Positions 27,136 to 39,336 of a DNA stretch of 64,000 nt are shown here, one piece after another (within the stretch, counting starts at the first letter, position 1; each line of letters opens with the position of its first letter). The DNA lies in assembly GCA_032654565.1 (NCBI GenBank), contig JAULAX010000010.1, positions 1 through 64,000 of the forward strand. The letters run 5' to 3'. Source of the DNA: Anaeromyxobacteraceae bacterium (GTDB taxonomy: Bacteria; Myxococcota; Myxococcia; Myxococcales; Anaeromyxobacteraceae). The translations under genes and the position numbers were made by a program. Below the pieces are notes generated by a model, which was not told the DNA's origin, did not search any database, and saw only the letters and a program-made list of their open reading frames with translations.

Positions 27136-27288
27136 GGTGGACCGGGCGTGGAGGAGGTGCCGGGGCGCACTCTAGTCCCTCGGGGAGGAGGAGGCACCCG
27201 CGGATCGCCGCGTCCATCGACTCGCCCCGGGACCGTGAGGCCTTCCTGCGGGCTTGACCCTCGGCCCCGCCTCACCGATCCTCCGCCG

Positions 27289-28089
27289 ATGACCACCCCC
27301 AAGAACTGGGCCCTGATCCTCGGCGCCTCCTCCGGCTTCGGCGAGGCCATCGGCGTCGCCCTGGCCCGGTCCGGGCGCAACATCTTCGGCGTCCACCTCG
27401 ACCGCAAGGCCACCCTCCCCAACGTGGAGCGGATCCAGGCCGAGATCACCGCGGCGGGCTCGCGGTCGGTCTTCTTCAACGTCAACGCCGCCGACCCCGA
27501 GCGGCGCGCCGAGGTGCTGGCCGAGGTGAAGAAGGTCCTGGCCGGGGAGGGGGCCGGCGCCAGCGTCGACGTGCTGCTCCACTCGCTGGCCTTCGGGGCC
27601 CTCAAGCCCTTCGTCACCGAGGCCCGGGCCGACGCCATCAGCCAGACGCAGATGGACATGACGCTCGACGTCATGGCCCACTCGCTCGTCTACTGGGTCC
27701 AGGACGTGCTGCAGGCCGGGCTGATGGGGCCGGGCTCGCACATCTACGCCATGACCAGCGCCGGCGGCCACCGCATCTGGCCGTCCTACGGCGGGGTCTC
27801 GGCCGCCAAGGCGGCGCTGGAGAGCCACTGCCGGCAGCTGGCGGTGGAGCTGGTGCCGCGGAAGATCGCCGTCAACGCCCTGCGGGCCGGGGTCACCGAC
27901 ACGCCGGCGCTCCGAAAGATCCCGGGCAACGACCGGATGATCGAGAACTGCCTGGCCATCCACCCGGCCAAGCGGCTGACCACGCCGGCCGACGTCTCGG
28001 CGGTGGTGGTGGCCCTCTCCAGGCCGGACACCACCTGGCTGACCGGGAACGTCCTCGGCGTCGACGGCACCGAGGACGTGGTCGGGTAG
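27289..28089 (+). CDS. SDR oxidoreductase (FabL/enoyl-ACP reductase-like)
   Basis: LGASSGFG, YGGVSAAK, GVTDTPALR. Confidence 0.85.
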   Translation: MTTPKNWALILGASSGFGEAIGVALARSGRNIFGVHLDRKATLPNVERIQAEITAAGSRSVFFNVNAADPERRAEVLAEVKKVLAGEGAGASVDVLLHSLAFGALKPFVTEARADAISQTQMDMTLDVMAHSLVYWVQDVLQAGLMGPGSHIYAMTSAGGHRIWPSYGGVSAAKAALESHCRQLAVELVPRKIAVNALRAGVTDTPALRKIPGNDRMIENCLAIHPAKRLTTPADVSAVVVALSRPDTTWLTGNVLGVDGTEDVVG

Positions 28090-28277
28090 GGCCAAGGAAC
28101 GGCTTGCGGAGCGTCGGGGCTCCGTGCCAACGTCTCCGCCTCACCGAAGCGGTCGCTGACCCAGGAACTCCGAGTCGCCGTAGCCCCCACGACGGACTTG
28201 AAGGGCGGGTAGATCTGCCAGTCGCGACCTCACCTTCGGCGGTCCCGGCTGCGGCCCCGGCCCCGGGCGACGGCGAG

Positions 28278-29048
<771 letters not shown>

Positions 29049-29051
29049 GCC

Positions 29052-29939
29052 ATGGACCACTTCCTCCAGATCGCCGCCAGCGGCGTGGTCACCGGCGGCA
29101 TCTACGCCCTCATCGCCATCGGCTTCGTGGTGGTCTACAAGGCCACCGGGGTGATCAACTTCGCCACCGGCGAGCTGATGATGCTGGGGGCCTTCTTCGG
29201 CTGGACGGCGATGACCGTGCTGGGGCTCCCCTTCGCGGCGGCGCTGGTGGTGGCGGCGCTGGGGGCGGCCGGGGTCGGCGCCCTGGTGGAGCGGGTGGTG
29301 CTCCGGCCCATGCTCGGCCAGCGCCCCATCTCCATCATCATGGTCACCATCGGCCTGAGCGCCGTCTTCAAGGGGATCGCCCAGATCGCCTGGGGCGGCG
29401 AGTACCGCTCCTTCCCGCCCATCTTCCCGCGCAAGCCGGTGGAGCTGGGGCCCATCATCCTCCCCTCCCGGCAGGCCTGGCCGTTCCTCATCGCCCTGGC
29501 CGCCATCGTGGCCCTGGCCGCCTTCTTCCGCTTCACCCGCACCGGCACCGCCATGCGCGCCACCGCCGACGACCAGGCCACCGCCTTCGGCATGGGCATC
29601 GACATCCGGAGGGTCTTCTCGCTCTCCTGGGTGCTGGCGGCGGTCACCGCGGCGCTGGCCGGGGTGGTGGTGGGGATCATCGGCGGCATCAGCCCGCAGC
29701 TGGGGGCGGTGGGGCTGCGCATCTTCCCGGTGGTCATCCTCGGCGGGCTCGACTCGGTCGGCGGCGCCCTGGTGGGGGGCATCCTCATCGGCGTGCTGGA
29801 GAACCTGGCCGGCGGCTACCTCGACCCGCTCTTCCCCGGCGCCGGCATCAAGGAGGTGGCCCCGTTCTTCGCGCTGGTCCTCATCCTCATGGTCCGCCCC
29901 TGGGGCCTGTTCGGCACTCGCGAGATCGAGAGGCTCTGA
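29052..29939 (+). CDS. LivH-like ABC permease
   Basis: IYALIAIGF, INFATGE, VILGGL. Confidence 0.92.
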   Translation: MDHFLQIAASGVVTGGIYALIAIGFVVVYKATGVINFATGELMMLGAFFGWTAMTVLGLPFAAALVVAALGAAGVGALVERVVLRPMLGQRPISIIMVTIGLSAVFKGIAQIAWGGEYRSFPPIFPRKPVELGPIILPSRQAWPFLIALAAIVALAAFFRFTRTGTAMRATADDQATAFGMGIDIRRVFSLSWVLAAVTAALAGVVVGIIGGISPQLGAVGLRIFPVVILGGLDSVGGALVGGILIGVLENLAGGYLDPLFPGAGIKEVAPFFALVLILMVRPWGLFGTREIERL

Positions 29940-29940
29940 C

Positions 29941-30984
29941 GTGCTGATCGGCAACTTCAAGGAGCGCTACGCCGACGACGAGGCCCTCTTCCGGACCCCG
30001 GCCTCGCGCGCCGGGCTCTGGGTCCTGCTGGCCGCCGCCCTGGCCTTCCCCTTCCTCGCCGGCGACTACCTGCTCTACCTGGCCAACCTGGTCGGCATCT
30101 TCACCATCGCCGCGCTCGGCCTCAACATCCTCACCGGCTACACCGGCCAGATCTCGCTCGGCCACGCCGGCTTCGCGGGGGTGGGCGCCTACGCCACCGC
30201 CATCGCCGCCACCCGGCTGGGGCTGCCGTTCTGGGCGGCGGTGCCGGCCGGCGGGCTGGCGGCCTGCCTGGCCGGCGCGGTGGTGGGCATGCCGTCCTTG
30301 CGCATCAAGGGGCTCTACCTGGCCATCGCCACCCTGGCCGCCCAGGTGATCTTCGAGTGGGTGTTCAACAACTGGACCAGCGTCACCGGCGGCATCCGCG
30401 GGCTCAACGTCGAGCCGGCCAGCCTGTTCGGCTTCGCCTTCGACACCGACCGCCGCACCTACTTCCTGGTCCTGGGGGCGGCCACGCTGCTGGCCTTCGG
30501 CGCCGCCAACCTCTTCCGCACCCGCATCGGCCGCGCCTTCATCGCCGTCCGCGATCGCGACATCTCCGCCGAGCTGATGGGGATCGACCTGTTCCGCACC
30601 AAGATCCTCTCCTTCATGATCTCCAGCACCTACGCCGGCCTGGCCGGCGGGCTCTGGGTCTACTTCGCCAAGGTGGTGACGCCGGAGAGCTTCCCGCTCT
30701 CCCTCTCCATCCAGTTCCTCGCCATGATCATCGTCGGCGGCCTCGGCTCCATCAAGGGGACGCTCTTCGGCGCCGTCTTCGTCACCCTGGTCCCCGAAGG
30801 GCTCCGCGCCGTGGTGCAGTCGGCGACCACCTTCGCCCCCGACGCCATGTCCTGGCTGGCGCCCATGAAGGACATCCTCTTCGGCGCCATGATCGTGGGG
30901 TTCCTGGTGTTCGAGCCCCACGGCCTCGCCGAGCTGTGGAACCGCGTCCGTCGCTTCTTCTGGCTGTGGCCGTTCCCGAAGTGA
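29941..30984 (+). CDS. LivM-like ABC permease
   Basis: GYTGQISLGHA, LYLAIATL, IIVGGLGS. Confidence 0.92.
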   Translation: MLIGNFKERYADDEALFRTPASRAGLWVLLAAALAFPFLAGDYLLYLANLVGIFTIAALGLNILTGYTGQISLGHAGFAGVGAYATAIAATRLGLPFWAAVPAGGLAACLAGAVVGMPSLRIKGLYLAIATLAAQVIFEWVFNNWTSVTGGIRGLNVEPASLFGFAFDTDRRTYFLVLGAATLLAFGAANLFRTRIGRAFIAVRDRDISAELMGIDLFRTKILSFMISSTYAGLAGGLWVYFAKVVTPESFPLSLSIQFLAMIIVGGLGSIKGTLFGAVFVTLVPEGLRAVVQSATTFAPDAMSWLAPMKDILFGAMIVGFLVFEPHGLAELWNRVRRFFWLWPFPK

Positions 30985-31007
30985 ACCGAAGCACAGGAGG
31001 TCCGCAC

Positions 31008-32176
31008 ATGACGAAGACCCTGAAGTCCACCCTCGCCGCCCTGCTGGCCGCGCTGGCGACGACCGCCGGCGCCCAGGAGGAGATCAAGATCGGCGCCTGC
31101 CAGCCCATCACCGGCCGCTTCGCCTTCGCCGGCGGCCAGCTCAACGCCGGCCTCGGCGACTCCATCGCCTGGGCCCAGGAGCAGGGGATCGTGAAAGGCA
31201 AGAAGCTCACCTACTTCTTCGAGGACACCGGCTACGACACCGAGAAGGCCGTGGCCAGCTTCAAGAAGATGATGGCCCAGCAGAACCCGGCCATCATGTA
31301 CGGCGAGTCGACGGGGCAGGGGAAGGCCATCGCCCCGGAGCTGAACTCCAAGTACAAGGTGATGTACGGCTCGACCTCGTTCTCCAGCGAGCTGGCCGAC
31401 CCGAAGACCCACCCGTACTCCTTCGTGTCCGGGCCCACCTACTCCGACCAGTTCGGCATCCTGCTGCAGTACATCGCCAAGGGCGCCGCCAAGGGGGTGC
31501 GGCCCAAGGTGGCCTTCTTCTACTCCGACACCGAGTTCGGCAAGGACCCCATCGCCTTCGGGAAGAAGCGGGCCGCCGAGCTGGGCATCGACGTGGTCGC
31601 CGAGGTGGTGGCCAAGGTCGGCGCCGTCGACGTCACCACCGAGGTGCTCAACCTCAAGAAGGCCCAGCCTGACTTCGTCATCTTCCAGGGCTTCGTCATG
31701 GCCCCGGTCCCCGAGGTGATCCGGGCGGCCCGCGACCACGGCCTCAAGACCACCTTCATGAGCACCTTCTGGTCGATGGACAAGGGGATCATCGAGAAGC
31801 TGGGCGAGGACGCCGAGGGGTACATGGGCGTCAACCCCTACGGCTACTACTACGAGGACACGCCGGCCATGGCGGCGATGCGCAAGTACAACGAGCGGGT
31901 CCACCCCGCCGAGGCCAAGTACCGGCCCAACTCCTACATCCAGGGCTGGTTCACCGGGATGGTCTACGTGGAGGCGCTGCGCCGCACCGTGGCCGCCGGC
32001 AAGCCGGTCACCGGCGACAACCTGATGGCGGCCCTGGCCACCATCAAGGACTGGGACACTGGCGGCGTCACCGGCAAGGTGACCTTCGTGAACAACAAGG
32101 CCGGGGTGGGGCGCGTCTACCGGGCCAACGTCGCCAAGGGCATCTTCGAGCCCGCCAGCGACTGGATCTACGTCAA

Positions 32177-32180
<4 letters not shown>
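31008..32180 (+). CDS. LIV-type ABC substrate-binding protein
   Basis: Signal peptide, IKIGACQPITG, EDTGYD; AGGAGG RBS. Confidence 0.9.
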
Positions 32181-32973
<793 letters not shown>

Positions 32974-32986
<13 letters not shown>

Positions 32987-34788
32987 GCGACACCCTGGCC
33001 AAGCAGCTCCGCGAGCGGGCCCGCGCCGCGCCCCACGGGGTGGCGCTCCGCGAGAAGGAGTTCGGCGTCTGGCAGCGCGTCGAGTGGCGCGACTACCTGG
33101 ACCACGTCCGCCGGGCCTGCCTCGGCCTGGTGGCGCTGGGGATGCGCCCCGGCGACAAGGTGGCCATCCTCTCGGAGAACCGGCGCGAGTGGGTCTGGGC
33201 CGAGCTGGCGGCCATGAGCGGCTCGGCGGTGGGCGTGGGGGTCTACCCCACCAGCCCGGCCAACGAGGTGCGCCACGTGGTGGCCGACTCCGAGGCCCGC
33301 TTCGTGGTCTGCGAGGACCAGGAGCAGGTGGACAAGATCCTCGAGGTGTCGGCGGAGCTGCCGCGCCTGGAGCGGATCATCGTCGTCGACGGCCGCGGGC
33401 TGCGCCGCTACACCGACCCCCGCATCCTCTCCTACCAGGCGCTGGAGGAGCTGGGCGCCCAGCGGGCGGCGGCCGAGCCCGGCCTCTTCGACGCCCTGGT
33501 GGACGCCACCGACCCCGCCGCGGTGGCCTTCCTCATCTACACCTCGGGGACCACCGGCTTCCCCAAGGGGGCGATGATCAGCCACGGCAACATCCTCGCC
33601 CAGTCCCGGGCGGCCGCCGAGGCCACCGGGATCCGGGCCGGCGACGAGGTGGTCTCCTACCTGCCGCTCTGCCACGTGGCCGAGCAGATCCTCTCGGTCT
33701 TCCTGCCGCTGCAGCTGGGGATGGCGGTCAACTTCGCCGAGAGCGTCCGCACCATCCAGGAGGACCTGCGGGAGATCGCCCCCACCGTCTTCCTCGGCGT
33801 GCCGCGCATCTGGGAGAAGCTGCAGTCGTCGATGCTGGTGAAGATGCAGGAGGCGCCGCGCTGGCGCCGCCGGCTCTTCGAGTGGGCCCTGGCCCACGGC
33901 CGCCGCTGCGCCGAGGCCGAGCTGGCCGGCCGGCCCCCCGGCCCGGGGGCGCGGGCGCTGCGCTGGCTCCACTGGCTGCTGCTGGTGCGGGCCCTGCAGA
34001 ACTTCGTCGGCCTGCGCCGGGCCCGGCTGGCCTACACCGCCGCCGCCGCCATCTCCCCCGAGGTGCTCTGGTTCTTCCACGCCCTCGGGCTCCGGGTCCG
34101 CGAGGGGTACGGGATGACCGAGTGCACCGGCTTCGCCTTCGTGCAGCGGGACGGGGGGCTGCGGCCCGGCACCGTGGGGGTGGCCATCCCCGGGCTGGAG
34201 CACCGCATCGCCGAGGACGGGGAGCTGCTGATGCGCGGGCCGGGGGTCTTCCTCGGCTACTTCAAGAACCCGGCGGCGACGGCCGAGACCATCCAGGACG
34301 GCTGGCTGCACAGCGGCGACGTGGCCCAGCAGGATCCCGACGGCCAGCTGCGCATCGTCGACCGCAAGAAGTCGATCTTCGTCACCGCCGGCGGCAAGAA
34401 CGTCTCCCCCTCGATGGTGGAGAACGCCCTCAAGGTCTCGCCCTACCTCAAGGAGGCGGTGGTGGTCGGCGACGGCGAGAAGTTCCTCGCCGCCCTGCTG
34501 CAGATCGACTTCGAGAACGTCGGCGAGTGGGCCACCCAGCGGCGCATCCCCTACACCACCTTCAAGAGCCTGGTGCAGGACCCGCAGGTGAAGCAGCTGA
34601 TCGCCGCCGAGGTGGAGCGCTGCAACGACGGGCTGGCGCCGGTGGAGCAGGTGCGGTCCTTCCGGCTCCTCGACAAGGAGCTCGACCACGACGACAACGA
34701 GGTCACCGCCACCATGAAGGTCCGGCGCAAGACCATCGAGGCCAAGTTCGGGGCGCTGATCCGCGAGATCTACGGGGCCGCCCGGTAG
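32974..34788 (+). CDS. Long-chain fatty acid-CoA ligase (AMP-binding)
   Basis: YTSGTTGFPKG, YLPLCH, EGYGMTE, WLHSGD; GTG start with GGAGG. Confidence 0.9.
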
Positions 34789-34812
34789 CGCCCGCCGCGG
34801 CGCCCGCCGCCG

Positions 34813-36966
34813 TCAGCGCCCCCCCGCCAGCAGCGCCGTGAGGTCGGTCACCGCCCGCGAGTTGGCGGGGAGGCAGGTGGTGGGCCGGGCCCCCGGCGCG
34901 GTGGAGGGGAAGAGGTACTGGTCGATGCGGGCCCGGGCGGCGTCGGAGAGCGCCCAGCCCAGCGGCGGCTGCGGCTCGGGCGACTCGCCGTCGCACATGC
35001 GGAGCTGGAAGACCGCCCCGCCCGCCTGCAGCGTCTGGTCGATGAGCCGGGAGGCCGCCTCCGAGCCGCGGCCGTTGCGGACGCTCTCGTAGGTCAGGAA
35101 GGTGGTCCCCAGCTCGTACCCCCAGCGGAGCGGCGGGTTGCGCGGGCTGGAGGTGTAGTCGGCGGGCAGGTTGGGATCGCTGCTGATGAGCAGCAGGACC
35201 GGGCGGATGCGCGGCCGGGTGTCGAAGGGGTCGGGGCCGGCGTCCACCGCCCAGGCGCCGCAGGCGAAGGTCCGGCAGGCCTCGTCGAAGAGCTCGATGG
35301 CGGTCTCGGCGCCGTAGTTCTCGAAGAGCCCGCCGTCCTGGAGGCGGCCGGCGATGGCCCCGCTGCGCGGGTCGCGCCACATCCCGGCCGGGCTGACGAA
35401 GGGGAAGCGGGCGCTGTTGTGGGCGGCGGTCGAGAGCCGGAGGTCGTGGCCGAGCACGGCCAGCTGGTCGTTGGAGCGGAGCAGGGTCCGGTCCTCGCCG
35501 CCGAAGCGCAGGTCGCTGGCGACGATGCGCCGGCCGTTGGCGGCCCAGGTGGCGTTCAGGAAGAGGTGCGGCCCGGGGGAGGCGGAGAGCGAGGCCAGCG
35601 AGCCGGACAGGCCGTCGTGGCCGGTGGTGGTGCGGAAGGCCTCCTCCCAGCTCTGCTCCAGCGCCCGGGCCCGGTCGGGAAACCAGGGGAGGGGGAAGAA
35701 GCGCTGCGCCAGGTCGGGGAAGAGCAGCGCCGCCGCCAGCGGCCCGAGGAACTCCTGCGAGAGCACCGCCTGGCCGCAGGCCCGCAGGCCGGCGCGGCAG
35801 CCCACCGAGGGGCCGGCGGTGGGGAGCGAGGCCAGGGCGCGGTAGACGGCGGCCCCCACCGAGCCGCCCGAGACCCCGCTCACCGCGAAGGTCCGCTCGC
35901 CGAAGGCCGGCGACCGGTCGTGCAGCTCGCCGAGCGCGGTGGCCGTCCAGTAGGCGGCCCGGATGCCGCCGCCGGCGGTGGCCACGACCACCAAGGGGGT
36001 CCCCGGTCCGCGCTCCGACGGGGCGTTGCGCCGCCCCCAGGCCTCCAGCGCCTCGTCCACGGTGGGGCGCCGGTCGACGGCGAGGGCGCCCCCCTCCAGG
36101 GGGCGGATCCGGTGGTTGTCGTTCCAGAAGCTGGAGACGATTGCCAGGGCGGTGAGCAGCGTCAGCAGCGGGAGGCCGCGCCGGTCGGCGAGGTAGCTGA
36201 GCAGGCTGCCCAGCGGCAGCCAGGCGATGGCCCAGAGGAAGAACAGGATCACCGCGCCGGTGCGGACCCCCAGCCAGACCGGGGCGGCGTGGCCGAGGAG
36301 GGAGAGGACGGCGAGGGAGAGCAGGAGCGCCGCCGCCAGGGCGGCGGACGGCCTCCAGGCCGGCGGGGTGGCCCCCTCGCCCTCGCCGCGGTGGAGCGCG
36401 GCCCGCAGGGTGGCGTGCGGAGGCTCGCCCGCGAGATCGAAGGGGGCCACGTCCAGCAGGTGGGCTCTGGCCCGGACCGCCGGCGAGCCGGAGCGGCCGA
36501 GGAGCCGGGCCACGCCCCGGGCGACCCGGCGCCGCTGGATCACCAGGGCGAGGAAGAGGAGCAGGGCGGCCAGCGACCAGGCGGCCAGGGCGACGCGGCC
36601 GGCGCGCCAGGCCCCGGCGGCGAGGACCAGGAAGGCCGCCGCCCCGAGCAGGCGCGGGAGCCACTGGCGCACCCGGTTGTAGGACGGCCGGTGGCTGGGA
36701 GGATCGTCGGCGCGGAGGTCGAGCAGGAACCTGGACCAGCCCCAGATGCTCAGCGCCCAGCCGAAGGCGGCCAGCGCCAGCCGGCCGGTCTTCTGGTCCT
36801 CGCCGTAGGCCACCAGCACGTCCCGCCCCTGGTCGCTGAGCAGGAGCCCCAGCCCCACCAGCAGGACCATGGCGCTGAAGCGGCAGCGACCGAGGCAGAA
36901 CTTGAAGGCCCGGTACCAGGCGGCCAGACCGTGGGTGGGGGGCGGGGGCGTCGCGGGGGTGGGCAT
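34813..36966 (-). CDS. Membrane-anchored patatin-like phospholipase
   Basis: N-terminal TM segments; GGGIRAA, SGVSGGS (GxSxG), SARFP, DGG. Confidence 0.8.
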   Translation of the reverse strand: MPTPATPPPPTHGLAAWYRAFKFCLGRCRFSAMVLLVGLGLLLSDQGRDVLVAYGEDQKTGRLALAAFGWALSIWGWSRFLLDLRADDPPSHRPSYNRVRQWLPRLLGAAAFLVLAAGAWRAGRVALAAWSLAALLLFLALVIQRRRVARGVARLLGRSGSPAVRARAHLLDVAPFDLAGEPPHATLRAALHRGEGEGATPPAWRPSAALAAALLLSLAVLSLLGHAAPVWLGVRTGAVILFFLWAIAWLPLGSLLSYLADRRGLPLLTLLTALAIVSSFWNDNHRIRPLEGGALAVDRRPTVDEALEAWGRRNAPSERGPGTPLVVVATAGGGIRAAYWTATALGELHDRSPAFGERTFAVSGVSGGSVGAAVYRALASLPTAGPSVGCRAGLRACGQAVLSQEFLGPLAAALLFPDLAQRFFPLPWFPDRARALEQSWEEAFRTTTGHDGLSGSLASLSASPGPHLFLNATWAANGRRIVASDLRFGGEDRTLLRSNDQLAVLGHDLRLSTAAHNSARFPFVSPAGMWRDPRSGAIAGRLQDGGLFENYGAETAIELFDEACRTFACGAWAVDAGPDPFDTRPRIRPVLLLISSDPNLPADYTSSPRNPPLRWGYELGTTFLTYESVRNGRGSEAASRLIDQTLQAGGAVFQLRMCDGESPEPQPPLGWALSDAARARIDQYLFPSTAPGARPTTCLPANSRAVTDLTALLAGGR

Positions 36967-37026
36967 CACTCCTCCTGGCGCTGCGGCTCCGGGTCGGCCC
37001 CACCGTCCGGGCGGGGTTGGCGGGGA

Positions 37027-37058
37027 GGGGACTTTGTTGTTATGTCAAACAAAGCCCC
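37027..37058. promoter_or_regulatory. AT-rich inverted repeat between divergent genes
   Basis: GGGG-A-CTTTGTT-N9-AACAAAG-CCCC. Confidence 0.45.
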
Positions 37059-37071
37059 CAAGGGAGGTCAC

Positions 37072-39321
37072 GTGCCGCTCCGAACCAGCTGGTTGGTGCT
37101 CTCGCTGGCAGTCTCGCTGACCACCCTGACAGGGTGCGGTGGCGGCTCCACCTGCGCCACCGGAACCGTCAGCTGCGGCGGCGCCTGCTTCAACCCCGCC
37201 ATCAACAACCTCCACTGCGGCGCCTGCGGCAACGCCTGCGGGGACGGCCTGTCCTGCGTCGCTGGCGCCTGCACCCCGCTCTGCCAGCCCACCGCGCTCG
37301 ACCTCGACACCCGGCTGCCCGCCACCCTGCCCACCTGGATGGCCAGGGTGACCGGGCAGCAGGCGCCGACCGGCCTCTGGGGCACCCTCCCGGCGCCGCG
37401 GCCGACCAACACCGCCTGGCAGCGGCTGGTGGTCGGCGACGGGTCGGGCCCCGTCGACTTCCTCCCCTACCAGCTGAAGACCATGGACGCCGGGCTGGCC
37501 GTCGCCCACGCCGCCCCCGTCGCCTCCAGCACCGACGTTCGCGTCCCCGACCTGACCCAGCTCGTGCTCAAGGCCTACCCGGGATCGTTCACCGCCCACT
37601 CGGCCACCGGGTACGACCTCCTCTCGGTGACCATGGAGTACCGCATGACCGGCGGGACCATGACGGCGCCGCTGGTCCAGGGGATGCCCTACGTCACCGT
37701 GGACTACGCCGGGATCAAGCCCTTCCTGGAGATCGGCTCCGACTCCACCGGACCCCGCACCTTCACCGGCGTCAGCGTGGACGGCGCCCCGGCCGGCTCG
37801 CAGCTGACCGGCAGCCGCTTCAAGCTGGGGCTCAGCGACGGCTCCAGCTGGGTGCTCTACGCCTCCAGCCCCATCACCTTCAACTGGAACGCGGCCAGCC
37901 TCGCCTCCCGGGACCCCTTCACCGGGTGGCTCCGGCTGGCCCACTACACCACGCCGGAGGGGCTGGCGGTGCTCGACGCCCACGCCGGCGTCGTCCCCCG
38001 CGGCGGCACGCTGGACGTCTCGGTCAACTGCGACGTGGCCACGCTGCGCTTCGCCTTCACGCCCCCCCCCACCGGCCCCGAGACCCTGCTGATGGCGGCG
38101 CTGCCGCACCACCTGAACCGCATGGAGGCGCCGGCCAGCACCGCCGCCGCCGCCCTGACCTTCGGCTCGCTGCGGGGGACGCTCACCGGCGTGGAGGGGA
38201 GCACCTGGAGCATGATCCTCCCGCTCTCCACCATCGGCTGGAACGCCCCACGCCCGGTGAACCCGACCCGGGTGGCGGCGGTCAAGGCGGCCCTGGCGAT
38301 CGATGCCGGCTACCTCCCCCCCGCCGGCGCCGTCGACGCCGACCCGTACTTCGGCGGCAAGTACCTGGCCAAGCTGGCGCGCCTGGCGCTGATCGCCGAC
38401 GAGCTGGGGGAGACCGCCACGGCGGCGACGCTGCGGGCCCGGCTCGAGCCGCTGGTGGCGGCCTGGCTCACCGGCCGCAACGGCAACCCGCTGGTCTACG
38501 ACACCACCTGGGGCGGGGTGGTGACCACCCGGTCGCTGGCCAGCCCCGGGGCCGACTTCGGCCAGGGCCACTACAACGACCACCACTTCCACTACGGGTA
38601 CCACCTCTTCGCCGCCGCCGCCCTGGCCAAGGCCGACCCGGCCTTCTACGCCAGGCACCAGGACGCCCTGCTGGCGCTGGTGCGCGACATCGCCAACCCC
38701 AGCGGCAACGACCCGGAGTTCCCCCGCTTCCGCTCCATGGACTTCTTCCGCGGCCACTCCTGGGCCTCCGGCCTCACCAACTACCCCGACCTGCCGGACC
38801 AGGAGTCGACCTCGGAGGCCGTCAACGCCTGGTACGGCCTGCGGCTGCTGGGGCTGGCCAGCGGCGACACCCGGCTCGGCAACATCGGGCGGCTGCTGCT
38901 GGCGCTGGAGCTCGACTCGGCCCGCACCTACTGGCAGATCCCGGCCACCTCGACCATCTACCCGGCGGTCTTCGCGCAGAACCGCTGCGTGGGGCGGCTC
39001 TCCGGGACCTGGGCCAACTTCGGCACCTGGTTCAGCGACGGCACCGGCACCGACACCTTCAAGGTCTACGGGATCCAGATGCTCCCCTTCACGCCCATGA
39101 GCGAGGCGCTGCTCTCCCCGGCCTGGGTGGCCGACGCCTGGCCGCTGATGGGGCCGGCGGCCGACGCGGCCGGGGTCTGGGCCGGCTGGAAGATGCTGCT
39201 CCACATGGGCCACGCCGCCGCGGTCGGCGACGCCGCCTGGAGCGAGGTGGCCCCGCTGACGGACGTGGAGGACGGCAACAGCAGGACCAACGCCCTCTGG
39301 TGGGTGGCCACCCGGCCCTAG
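37072..39321 (+). CDS. GH81 endo-beta-1,3-glucanase lipoprotein with an N-terminal myxobacterial Cys-rich module
   Basis: Lipobox LTGC, HCGACGNAC module, PLVQGMPYVT, YNDHHFHYGY, HSWASG, QESTSEA. Confidence 0.88.
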   Translation: MPLRTSWLVLSLAVSLTTLTGCGGGSTCATGTVSCGGACFNPAINNLHCGACGNACGDGLSCVAGACTPLCQPTALDLDTRLPATLPTWMARVTGQQAPTGLWGTLPAPRPTNTAWQRLVVGDGSGPVDFLPYQLKTMDAGLAVAHAAPVASSTDVRVPDLTQLVLKAYPGSFTAHSATGYDLLSVTMEYRMTGGTMTAPLVQGMPYVTVDYAGIKPFLEIGSDSTGPRTFTGVSVDGAPAGSQLTGSRFKLGLSDGSSWVLYASSPITFNWNAASLASRDPFTGWLRLAHYTTPEGLAVLDAHAGVVPRGGTLDVSVNCDVATLRFAFTPPPTGPETLLMAALPHHLNRMEAPASTAAAALTFGSLRGTLTGVEGSTWSMILPLSTIGWNAPRPVNPTRVAAVKAALAIDAGYLPPAGAVDADPYFGGKYLAKLARLALIADELGETATAATLRARLEPLVAAWLTGRNGNPLVYDTTWGGVVTTRSLASPGADFGQGHYNDHHFHYGYHLFAAAALAKADPAFYARHQDALLALVRDIANPSGNDPEFPRFRSMDFFRGHSWASGLTNYPDLPDQESTSEAVNAWYGLRLLGLASGDTRLGNIGRLLLALELDSARTYWQIPATSTIYPAVFAQNRCVGRLSGTWANFGTWFSDGTGTDTFKVYGIQMLPFTPMSEALLSPAWVADAWPLMGPAADAAGVWAGWKMLLHMGHAAAVGDAAWSEVAPLTDVEDGNSRTNALWWVATRP

Positions 39322-39336
39322 CGACCGGGGCCCGGG

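Noticed and set aside
28115..28130. sigma54 promoter TTGGCAC on the minus strand
   Set aside because: No GC at the -12 position and no minus-strand gene downstream.
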